This document shows, piece after piece, positions 49,122-56,800 of a stretch of 58,888 nucleotides of DNA. The stretch covers positions 1-58,888 of the IMG/VR virus record IMGVR_UViG_3300044691_000290; one strand, 5' to 3'. The translations under genes and the position numbers were made by a program. The notes below the pieces were generated by a model. It ran no database searches and was not told the origin of the DNA. It saw only the letters and a list, made by a program, of their open reading frames with translations. The stretch's first letter is position 1. The number at the start of each line of letters is the position of its first letter. Source of the stretch: a virus. Taxonomy: Duplodnaviria; Caudoviricetes.

Positions 49122-49316
49122 ATGACGCCCCTAACGCACCGCACCTGCTCAACGTGCGGCCATTGGCGCTACCCAGCGCCCGCCACCGCGCCGGACGAGG
49201 ATACCGTGAACGCGCTTTGCTCCATCCAGAACGTGCTTAAGAGAGGCGGCGACAAGTGCAGCAAGTGGACCAAAGTGGAGCCGGAGCCGGTCGAGACGTG
49301 GGAGACCTGGCTTTAG
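49122..49316 (+). CDS. Small Cys-rich protein
   Basis: TCSTCGHW...C...C.KW. Confidence 0.5.
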   Translation: MTPLTHRTCSTCGHWRYPAPATAPDEDTVNALCSIQNVLKRGGDKCSKWTKVEPEPVETWETWL

Positions 49317-49429
49317 CGGCCGGAGCCACGGTGCTGGGCGACCCTCCGCACTACCTCCTGACGGCCGAGCAGCTTGCTGCGTTCGTGGTTTTGGTGGCGC
49401 CCCTGGCCGTCCCTGCGCCTCCATATTGA
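49298..49429 (+). CDS. Small protein ending VPAPPY (below the ORF-track cutoff)
   Basis: Manual translation (V)GDLALAAGATVLGDPPHYLLTAEQLAAFVVLVAPLAVPAPPY*; fills the gap between genes; start uncertain (49256-49298). Confidence 0.5.
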   Translation: MGDLALAAGATVLGDPPHYLLTAEQLAAFVVLVAPLAVPAPPY

Positions 49430-49447
49430 CCGAACATTGAGGATACC

Positions 49448-49729
49448 ATGGACAATATACGGCGAGCCTGCCTTCTTATTTCCCGTTCGAACGGTGGCAT
49501 AAATCGCGACCGAAGCGAATCAAGGGTGCTGCGCGAGATGCAGCATTTTCTTGATCTATGCGCCTACCGAGACGAATTGCCAGCCATTGATGCTTGGCTT
49601 GGCACCTTAGGAGCAGAACAATTCGAAACGGTCTGCGACGGCGAAATGTCGGAGGCGGACGCGATCTTGACGAGCGCGCCGCCCTTCACGAACACTTTGC
49701 TGAATGACTACTTCGAAGAAGTTTGCTGA
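49448..49729 (+). CDS. Hypothetical protein
   Basis: RBS GAGGA. Confidence 0.55.
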   Translation: MDNIRRACLLISRSNGGINRDRSESRVLREMQHFLDLCAYRDELPAIDAWLGTLGAEQFETVCDGEMSEADAILTSAPPFTNTLLNDYFEEVC

Positions 49730-50139
49730 TCAGCGGTCTCAAAAGCAAGTTCGACGCATAAACCGAGGAGCGAAAATGGATGACGAATATTTAGAACTTC
49801 GCGCGGCTGTGAAACGGCTTTACTATGCCGCTTATTGGACGCCGGACCGCCCCTGCGATGAAGTAAAACTGTGGGAGGATGTGCGGGAAGCCGCTGGATT
49901 TACTCCCGGAGAGACGCGCAAGCGCCTTGGGGCTACCCGGTCTTGATCAGAAACCAAGGATACAAAATGATGGACCCGACCCTCCGAGGCGAATGCGATC
50001 ATGAACTTACACTTTTGCGCCGTCCCGTGACAACCGCGCCTCCCAGGTTCGACCGCTTCTCTTGCAGTAAGTGCCTGGCGGTTTTATGGGTGCCTATAGA
50101 GCATCCTCAGTTCATACACGCTTCGGACAAAATTAGCTG

Positions 50140-50167
50140 TTGACTTTCCGTTTTGGTGCGGTAATGT
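50140..50167 (+). promoter_or_regulatory. Repeated promoter/operator, copy 16
   Basis: TTGACT-ttccgttttggtgcgg-TAATGT; contains the upstream TGA stop. Confidence 0.8.
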
Positions 50168-50190
50168 TGCGGCGGAAACGGGAGAGCGAC

Positions 50191-50364
50191 ATGACCAAGA
50201 CGCGCAAGAGCACCCCAAAATACGAAGTTTATCACACTGACGGGCTGGTGATTCTGAGCGGCATTTCCCATACTGAAGCCACCAATTTCGCTCGCCAGAT
50301 GGACGAAGGCTCGAAGAAAAAGCGCTTCGCAGTGCGGCCCGTAGAGCGGCAGGCTGCAGCGTGA
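50191..50364 (+). CDS. Small hypothetical protein
   Basis: RBS GGGAGA after promoter copy 16. Confidence 0.55.
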   Translation: MTKTRKSTPKYEVYHTDGLVILSGISHTEATNFARQMDEGSKKKRFAVRPVERQAAA

Positions 50365-50741
50365 CATTCAGAGGCACACAAGACGAGATCGCGTCGCTAA
50401 ATATCGGTGACACGCTCTATCATTTCGACGGCAACCGGCGCGTCTACCATCCTGACCGCCACAGTGGACCGATTTACGAAAGGCATTTCGAACTTGTCGT
50501 GATTATCGGCGAAACCAAATTATCTTGGATAATGGATCGTTACAAAAATAAGGTGAACAAGAAGACGCTAGAATCCGCTTGCCAGTTCGCGGAGCGCGGC
50601 TACTTCACCAAAGCAGGTATGGATGCCGATATCTGGAGCCATGACCATCGTCACAAAATTATCGATGGGGTCCGACACGTTGATACAGAGCGATTAAAGG
50701 AAATCGCGCGAATCCTTGGCTACGACGCGACGCGCCCGTGA
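50361..50741 (+). CDS. Hypothetical protein
   Basis: FD.NRRVY and IIGETK.SWI motifs; coupled start. Confidence 0.6.
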   Translation: MTFRGTQDEIASLNIGDTLYHFDGNRRVYHPDRHSGPIYERHFELVVIIGETKLSWIMDRYKNKVNKKTLESACQFAERGYFTKAGMDADIWSHDHRHKIIDGVRHVDTERLKEIARILGYDATRP

Positions 50742-50854
50742 CCGTCCAACTCCGTCCCAACCAAATCGAAGCGGCCGACGCCGTGGAGGACGCCTTCCGG
50801 GCCGGCATCAACCGCCCCTTGGTCGACTCCTGCGTCGGCTTCGGACAAAATTAG
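50738..50854 (+). pseudogene. Truncated duplicate of the helicase N-terminus
   Basis: MTVQLRPNQIEAADAVEDAFRAGINRPLVDSCVGFGQN* versus helicase MTLTLRPNQLAAADAVEDAFRAGINRPLVDSCVGSGKS. Confidence 0.85.
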
Positions 50855-50857
50855 TTG

Positions 50858-50885
50858 TTGACTTTCCGTTTTGGTGCGGTAGGTT
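50858..50885 (+). promoter_or_regulatory. Repeated promoter/operator, copy 17
   Basis: TTGACT-ttccgttttggtgcgg-TAGGTT. Confidence 0.8.
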
Positions 50886-50911
50886 CGCTTTACCAGCAAC
50901 GGGAGAGCGAC

Positions 50912-51097
50912 ATGAGGCTAAAAACAGCAACGGCACGGTTTGAGGGTGATAGCGTCGCAGTCGATACCAGCGAGCGACGCTGCGTTTATATGGCGTCCCC
51001 TCTCGCAGGAATGCGAAGCCCCGTGGAGCGCGCCAATATGTATTTGCGCTCGTTACGTCCGCTTGGTTATGACGTGACGTTACTGGATGAGGTATGA
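50912..51097 (+). CDS. Small hypothetical protein
   Basis: Same RBS block as 50191; ATGA-coupled to the helicase. Confidence 0.55.
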   Translation: MRLKTATARFEGDSVAVDTSERRCVYMASPLAGMRSPVERANMYLRSLRPLGYDVTLLDEV

Positions 51098-52710
51098 CCC
51101 TAACCCTCCGTCCTAACCAGCTAGCCGCAGCCGATGCGGTCGAGGACGCCTTCCGGGCCGGTATCAACCGGCCCTTGGTGGACTCCTGCGTCGGCTCGGG
51201 TAAGTCGCTGATCATGGCGGAACTGGCGCGCCGCGCCATAGAGCGCGGCGAGCGCGTCATCATCGGCGCCCATACTCGCGAGCTGGTCGAGCAGAACGCC
51301 GCGGCCTGCCGCTCGTTGGGCCTGCAGTGCGGTATCAACGCCGCCAGCCTTGGCGAGCGCACCTGGCGCGCTCCGGTCATCTCAGCCGCGATCCAATCCG
51401 TTTACAAGTCCGCGCAAAGCTTCGGTCCGATCGGCATGTTCCTTGGGGACGAGGCGCATCTCTGGCCCCACTCCGAGGCTGGCATGTACCGCGCGCTGGT
51501 GCGCGACCTTGGCAACCCGCGCGCAGCCGGCTTCTCGGGCACTGTGTTCCGCTTGCAGGGCGGCAGCCTGGTCGAGGGCGAAGGCGCCCCATTCGATCGC
51601 GTGGTGTATCGCTACGGCATTGTTGACGGGATCCGCGACGGCTATCTCGTGCCTGCGTTCAGTGTCACGGCCGACGACAAGATCGACCCGACCAAGCTCA
51701 AGACGCGGCAGGGCGAGTTCACAGGGGACTCGCAGGACGCGCAAATGCTTGACCTGATGGACAACCATTTGGCGCAGATGTGCCACCACGGACGCGCCCG
51801 CCGCGCATGGCTGGTGTTCGAGGCATCGACCAAGGCAGCTCGGGCGATGGCGGAACGTTGCAACGAGTGGGGCGTGCCCACGGGCCTAGTGCTTGGCGAG
51901 ACGCCAGCGGGAGAGCGGGCGCGCACCATTAGCGACTACCGAGCGGGGCGCCTCAAATGCTTGGTCAACGTCGCAGCGCTTACTACGGGTTTCGACGTGC
52001 AGCAGTGCGATATGCTTGTGATGCGGCGTCGTACCAAGTCGCTCGGGCTGTACCTGCAGATGACCGGCCGCATCCTCCGCACGATCGGCGGCAATATCGA
52101 AGCTTCCATCGCGGCCGGCAAGCCCGACGCCATCGTTTTGGATTTTGCCGGCAACATCGACGCGCACGGCCCGCTTGATTTTATAAGGCCAAAAGACACC
52201 GCAGCGCGGCTGGTGAGTTGCGAGGAGTGTGGCAAGCGCAACGCAGCGGCGGCCATGAAATGCTGGTCCTGCGACGAGCCCATGACGAAACTGTGCCCGG
52301 CGTGCCTCGTGGCCGTGCAGAAAGGCATACTGGATTGCCCCGGATGCGGGTATGACATGCGCGTCGGTGGCGGGGCGGAAGGGGGGAGGCCGGCGCAGAA
52401 GCTTCTGGACACGCCTAGCGGTGCGGCTTTGATTAGTTCCTACAAGCCTGCGAGTGAGAGGGCTGGCGGTTGGTTGCCCGTGCGGCGGGTATGGGAACGG
52501 GACGGCGTGGTGACGGTGGCGACGGCGGACGAGACGTGGGAACTGCCCGAAGCACTCCGGGACGTGGCACAGGATGCGCGATACGTGCGCGTCGGCGTGG
52601 GGCTGTTGGTGCCAAATGGTCTGAATCGCAACAGTATACGACAGTACGGTCCAGACGGCGCAATGCTTTTGGTTCCGATGCCGTCCGCCGCTCCCGAAAC
52701 TATTGGTTGA
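51094..52710 (+). CDS. SF2 DEAH helicase (RadD/YejH-like) with zinc ribbons
   Basis: GSGKS, DEAH, SGT, LTTGFD and QMTGR.LR motifs; four CxxC. Confidence 0.9.
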   Translation: MTLTLRPNQLAAADAVEDAFRAGINRPLVDSCVGSGKSLIMAELARRAIERGERVIIGAHTRELVEQNAAACRSLGLQCGINAASLGERTWRAPVISAAIQSVYKSAQSFGPIGMFLGDEAHLWPHSEAGMYRALVRDLGNPRAAGFSGTVFRLQGGSLVEGEGAPFDRVVYRYGIVDGIRDGYLVPAFSVTADDKIDPTKLKTRQGEFTGDSQDAQMLDLMDNHLAQMCHHGRARRAWLVFEASTKAARAMAERCNEWGVPTGLVLGETPAGERARTISDYRAGRLKCLVNVAALTTGFDVQQCDMLVMRRRTKSLGLYLQMTGRILRTIGGNIEASIAAGKPDAIVLDFAGNIDAHGPLDFIRPKDTAARLVSCEECGKRNAAAAMKCWSCDEPMTKLCPACLVAVQKGILDCPGCGYDMRVGGGAEGGRPAQKLLDTPSGAALISSYKPASERAGGWLPVRRVWERDGVVTVATADETWELPEALRDVAQDARYVRVGVGLLVPNGLNRNSIRQYGPDGAMLLVPMPSAAPETIG

Positions 52711-52734
52711 CTTTCCGAATTGATGCGGTAGTGT
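52707..52734 (+). promoter_or_regulatory. Repeated promoter/operator, copy 18
   Basis: TTGACT-ttccgaattgatgcgg-TAGTGT; contains the helicase TGA stop. Confidence 0.8.
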
Positions 52735-52755
52735 GCCGCAAGAGGAGCTTACACA

Positions 52756-53199
52756 ATGAAGTGCTACCTGTTCGACATTGATGGCACGGTTGCAGACCTG
52801 TCACATCGTCTTCACCACATTCAAGGGGAAAAGAAAGACTGGCCGGCATTCTTTGCCGATTGTCACGGCGATGCGCCGATCCCACACATAATAAAACTGG
52901 CACATGATTTGGCGCTAGAAACAGATATAGTTTTCGTTTCTGGTCGTTCAGATCAGGTACGAGAGCAAACGCTGGCGTGGCTTCAAACACATTTTGGCGA
53001 CTTGATTCATTCGCCCGGCATTTACATGCGTCGCGAAGGCGATCACAGGCCCGATAACTTGGTCAAAGCCGAACTGCTCGACCGCATTCTAAAAGATGGG
53101 TACGAGCCTATCATGGCTTTCGACGATCGCGATCAAGTTGTGAAAATGTGGCGCGAGCGCGGCATACCGTGTGCTCAGGTAGCCGAAGGCGCTTTCTGA
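52756..53199 (+). CDS. HAD phosphatase (polynucleotide kinase-phosphatase type domain)
   Basis: FDIDGT, VSGR, MR..GD.RPD..VK and FDDR motifs. Confidence 0.85.
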   Translation: MKCYLFDIDGTVADLSHRLHHIQGEKKDWPAFFADCHGDAPIPHIIKLAHDLALETDIVFVSGRSDQVREQTLAWLQTHFGDLIHSPGIYMRREGDHRPDNLVKAELLDRILKDGYEPIMAFDDRDQVVKMWRERGIPCAQVAEGAF

Positions 53200-53223
53200 T
53201 TCACCCAACCCCCACGAGGTACC

Positions 53224-53532
53224 ATGTCCAAACCCACCTTCCAACGCCCCCCGCTCACCCTCCCCGCCGACCGCGCCCCGGCCCCCGCTGTGCCCCTCCC
53301 ACCCCTCCTACTCCAATTTCCCACGCCCTGGATCGTCGGCGCCTATGGCGACATTTGGGTCGCGGCGGACATGGAGCGCGCGCCCTCGGAGCCGTCCAGC
53401 TGGCGTGCCATCTCTCCGATGCCGCGGCTTGTGATGGAGTGCTCGCTATGGGAAGATAAGATGCTGCCGGGGCTCGCGGAACTGATCGTCGAGGCTGTGA
53501 ATACCTTGGGCGCAGCGCGTCCCCCATACTGA
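53224..53532 (+). CDS. Hypothetical protein ending RPPY
   Basis: RBS GAGGT; TPW and AELIVEAVN motifs. Confidence 0.6.
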   Translation: MSKPTFQRPPLTLPADRAPAPAVPLPPLLLQFPTPWIVGAYGDIWVAADMERAPSEPSSWRAISPMPRLVMECSLWEDKMLPGLAELIVEAVNTLGAARPPY

Positions 53533-53643
53533 GCCCCAAGGCCCCGAGGAGCGCTGAGATGCCCTGCGTCGAAACAACTCTATTGCGGTTCGCGTTTTTG
53601 CTTGCGATGTTTACGCTAATTGTGAATTGGCTCGGATAGACGC

Positions 53644-53922
53644 GTGACTGACGCCGCCCAAATACTCTCGCTCTGCGACGCTGGCGAAACCCCGGCCGCG
53701 ATCGCTGCTGCCCTGTCCCTGCCACCGGGCCGCGTCTATGCCATCCTGCGGCGGGAGCGGCCCAACCGCACCCGCGCCCCTCGCAGTCCCACGTCGGACA
53801 AGCCGCGAATGATGCGGGGCTTGGCGGCTGCGGGCATTGCGCCGAAGCGGATCGCGGTTTTGCTGGAGGTGGCGCCGGCGTATGTCTACCGGGTATTGGC
53901 GCAGAATGGAGACCGAGCATGA
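53644..53922 (+). CDS. Tandem HTH protein
   Basis: Two units: G.TP.AIAAAL.LP..RVY.IL and GIAP.RIA.LLEV..AYVYRVL. Confidence 0.65.
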   Translation: MTDAAQILSLCDAGETPAAIAAALSLPPGRVYAILRRERPNRTRAPRSPTSDKPRMMRGLAAAGIAPKRIAVLLEVAPAYVYRVLAQNGDRA

Positions 53923-54140
53923 GCCGCGAATTCAAAGTCACGCTTACGCCAGCCGATGAAGCCCTGTTCAAGTTCGACGCCGAAAACAACGTCGAGCCAG
54001 CGCGGACGATTGCGGAGCGGCTTGCTCTGAAATGGAGCACCTATCTCCGGCCCGAAATGGTTGACGACATCGCGTGCGCGATCGAGGATGCCAGAAATTT
54101 AGGAGAACGCCGCGGTATCTTCACCGCCCCGCTCTCCTGA
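53919..54140 (+). CDS. Hypothetical protein
   Basis: ATGA-coupled, RBS GGAG. Confidence 0.5.
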   Translation: MSREFKVTLTPADEALFKFDAENNVEPARTIAERLALKWSTYLRPEMVDDIACAIEDARNLGERRGIFTAPLS

Positions 54141-54156
54141 GCGCTTCAAGTAGTTG

Positions 54157-54184
54157 TTGACTTTCCGCATTAGAGCGGTACACT
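54157..54184 (+). promoter_or_regulatory. Repeated promoter/operator, copy 19
   Basis: TTGACT-ttccgcattagagcgg-TACACT. Confidence 0.8.
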
Positions 54185-54206
54185 CTCTCTCTCTCTAAAG
54201 GACACC

Positions 54207-54446
54207 ATGACGCAGCCCCACCCTGCCACAACTGATTGCTTCTCCAAGGCCGGCGCTTCTCAGCTCGCCGAGACCATCACAACGTACTGGCACAGCCGCG
54301 GCTATCCGTGGGTAGCAGTCGAGCGCTACGTGCTGCCGGATCGCCCGAGCATGTGGGGCGTGCGGTCGAACCTGGTGGACGGCTTGCCGCCGACGCGCCG
54401 GCCCGGCAGGACGCTACGGGAGAGAAGAATGGAGTTTTTGAGGTGA
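54207..54446 (+). CDS. Hypothetical protein
   Basis: GA..LA..I..YW..RG and VRSNLVDGLPP motifs; RBS AAGGA. Confidence 0.65.
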   Translation: MTQPHPATTDCFSKAGASQLAETITTYWHSRGYPWVAVERYVLPDRPSMWGVRSNLVDGLPPTRRPGRTLRERRMEFLR

Positions 54447-55068
54447 GCGGCATCTACGTGTACACCTGCGCCTTTGGCGAGGTGCGGCTCCCTGAAGCGA
54501 CCACGGTTCGCATGAACAAGAACGGCTGGCCCGATCGTCGGTTCGCCGAAGGACGACGGTATACGGCGTACTTACGTCATATCGACAAAAAGGCGGAACG
54601 AGAGTTTCTTGCGGGACGTTACCTCGAAAGCGCACCACCGTATAGCACTTGGAAATGGAGCGATGCGTCGTGAAAATATTCCCTCGGGATCAATGGGGGC
54701 GAATCCCCGCGATATGCGCGCCCCGCTGGACGCTCACATGGTCGTGGCCACGCGGGAAAGTGGCTTGGTTCTTTTGGAATTTGGGTGGAATGTATCGCAT
54801 CGGTCCAATTACGCTTTGGTTGGGCAGCAAGTGAGCGGGCCAAAGAAAATCGATCCAAACTTCGCTCCGGGCTCGCATGGCTGTCACGAAGCCCTGCACA
54901 TGACGAGCTTTCTAATCAGCGCGATCGACAACGAGCTTTGCGAGCACGAAGCCATAAAGGCCAATAAAGAATGGCGCAAGCTGGCTGTTCTAGCCGCCGA
55001 ATCCTTGGAGAGGCTGTATAGCGCAATCGGCAAGGATCATATTAGGTCAGCTTCCGAAACGCAGAGCG

Positions 55069-55090
55069 TTGACTTTCCGCACTAAAACGA
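55069..55090 (+). promoter_or_regulatory. Repeated operator, copy 20
   Basis: TTGACTTTCCGCACTAAAACGA immediately upstream of a separate canonical promoter. Confidence 0.75.
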
Positions 55091-55094
55091 CGTG

Positions 55095-55123
55095 TTGACA
55101 AACCCCGTCCCTCCTGCTAGAAT
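55095..55123 (+). promoter_or_regulatory. Near-consensus sigma70 promoter
   Basis: TTGACA-17 bp-TAGAAT. Confidence 0.8.
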
Positions 55124-55132
55124 GGAACCACA

Positions 55133-55327
55133 ATGAAAGCTTTTCTGTTCGTCATGATTCTGATGACCCCTGACGGCAAGCTGCCTCCGCAACAGGAGCC
55201 GATGGACACCATGGAAGCCTGCGTGGCCCGCGTCGCGGAGATGCAGACCAAAATGGCTGCCGTGAATGAGAATTTCGGCTTTCAGACGACATGCGTCCAA
55301 ATGTCCAAGAAGGCCGATCCGGCTTAA
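55133..55327 (+). CDS. Small exported/membrane protein
   Basis: Hydrophobic N-terminus, two Cys. Confidence 0.55.
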   Translation: MKAFLFVMILMTPDGKLPPQQEPMDTMEACVARVAEMQTKMAAVNENFGFQTTCVQMSKKADPA

Positions 55328-55344
55328 GCCTAAAGCGTTCCTGT

Positions 55345-55829
55345 GCGCCGCTCACCAAGTCAGTATAGTCCCCGTGGGGATAGAGCGGCGTTCAAGAGTG
55401 CTAACGTAATTCGGAGCGGGTACCGGCCGGTAAACCCACGCGCCGCCCTTCGCCACAGAGGGCGCTCCGGATACGCGGCGGCTATCCCTCTGCGGAGGCG
55501 AACCGTAACGTCGGGCATCCTGTGGTCCCGACCGCCGCGTTTTCAATCTAAACCCCCTCGGGGGTCACGCGGCGACCAGCGCGGAACGTAGAATGACGAT
55601 CACGCGAGGCGGGGCCTGACTACACGGGGATGTCCCGGTCACGGAATCACCGCACGATAACCAAAGGTCGCCGTGTGCGGCTCGCTGGCGCCGCGTTTTC
55701 AATCAGGTGGGGAAGTCGGAAGTAAGCGCAGGGGAATCCCCAACCCTGCTACGAAGGCGGATGGGTGCTCGAATTGACGAGACAGCACGGCTAAGGCGGT
55801 GACTGCTGCCAAGACGTAACCCACCTGAT
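55345..55829 (+). ncRNA. Candidate array of structured non-coding RNAs
   Basis: Five consecutive segments each closed by a 7-14 bp stem; no convincing ORF; strand inferred from the upstream promoter. Confidence 0.55.
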
Positions 55830-55870
55830 GCTCACTCTAGCTTCCGCGGAGGCGGCTAACAGCGCGCCCC

Positions 55871-56314
55871 ATGGCGACAACCCTAACAGACGAGCAGCGC
55901 GCCTTCATCATCTGGTCGATCGCGCACTGCAAAGAGCCTGAACATATCGTCTACAGTTTCAACGAGCGGTGGAAAGCGAAGCCACCTTGCACCATCGGCG
56001 ATGTCGGTGCTTGTGATCCCAAACGCTTGACCGGCGAGTGGCTGGCCTATTTCAACGAAGAGCGCGAGACGTTTCTAGCAGCGCCAACCACAGACAAGCG
56101 CATTCGTATGGCGCTGCTTAATCGCGTTATCATGGACCTGGAAAGCCGCGGCATGTACCGGACGGACCCGAAAGGGTTCCTTCAAGCCGTCGAGCTGATG
56201 GCCAAGGAGGATGCTGGGTTCTTTGCGCCCAAGGCTCTGCCGGGGGCGAAGGCGTCGGGCCGCATCGAGTTTAGCTTCGAGGCGGATCCGCTGCCGCCTG
56301 TGCCGCCTTACTGA
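55871..56314 (+). CDS. Probable terminase small subunit (DUF2280-like), ends PPVPPY
   Basis: MATTLTDEQRAFII..IA, DP.R, W..YFNE.RE.F and AKE motifs; upstream of the large terminase. Confidence 0.65.
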   Translation: MATTLTDEQRAFIIWSIAHCKEPEHIVYSFNERWKAKPPCTIGDVGACDPKRLTGEWLAYFNEERETFLAAPTTDKRIRMALLNRVIMDLESRGMYRTDPKGFLQAVELMAKEDAGFFAPKALPGAKASGRIEFSFEADPLPPVPPY

Positions 56315-56320
56315 TTCGTG

Positions 56321-56349
56321 TTGACTTTCCGCATTAAAGCGGGTAGGGT
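56321..56349 (+). promoter_or_regulatory. Repeated promoter/operator, copy 21
   Basis: TTGACT-ttccgcattaaagcggg-TAGGGT. Confidence 0.8.
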
Positions 56350-56402
56350 GCACGCTTCCCGTACCGGGGATCGGGACCGGACTAACTTTTCACAGGGGCC
56401 AC

Positions 56403-56603
56403 ATGCCCGATCCGAGCGAATATCGCATCGTTGTGATGAAGGACAAAGTGTCGCTGTTCATGCGGACGCTTCGCATTTGGCCCGCCGAACTACAGGCCAC
56501 GGAACATAAAGGTATGCAAATCGGTATGGAATTGGCACGAGACGCCATTCACCACGCTGGTTTGTGGGACTCTTTCGAGACGCAGAGAAAGAAACCAACG
56601 TGA
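56403..56603 (+). CDS. Hypothetical protein
   Basis: ORF following promoter copy 21; coupled to next gene. Confidence 0.5.
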   Translation: MPDPSEYRIVVMKDKVSLFMRTLRIWPAELQATEHKGMQIGMELARDAIHHAGLWDSFETQRKKPT

Positions 56604-56800
56604 CCAAACTCACCGCTGGCAAACGCGCCAAGATGCCGAAAAAGGATTTTGCAGGTCCCGGTAAGTCGTTTCCCGATTCGGACAAGGTTCACGCCCGGCT
56701 CGCCATTTCAGGCGCCACGCGCTCCGAGCGCGCCGGCAACATTTCACTGGCAGAAGCCGTCAAGATCAAGGCCAAAGCGCGGGCCAAACTCGCTTCCTAG
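56600..56800 (+). CDS. Small basic protein
   Basis: KLT..KR..MP...FA.P..FP..D..HAR.A motif; Lys/Arg-rich. Confidence 0.65.
   Translation: MTKLTAGKRAKMPKKDFAGPGKSFPDSDKVHARLAISGATRSERAGNISLAEAVKIKAKARAKLAS

Noticed and set aside
50738-51200. Diversity-generating retroelement TR/VR pair
   Set aside because: No reverse transcriptase in the window; mismatches are mostly synonymous and not adenine-specific
55320-55830. Known self-cleaving ribozyme (hammerhead, pistol, twister)
   Set aside because: Only fragments resemble the consensus; full catalytic cores and pseudoknot partners not found by eye
7842-56349. Repeated TTGACTTTCCG element as a CRISPR array or IS ends
   Set aside because: Copies are dispersed at irregular spacing with genes between them; no cas operon or transposase; promoter-like geometry
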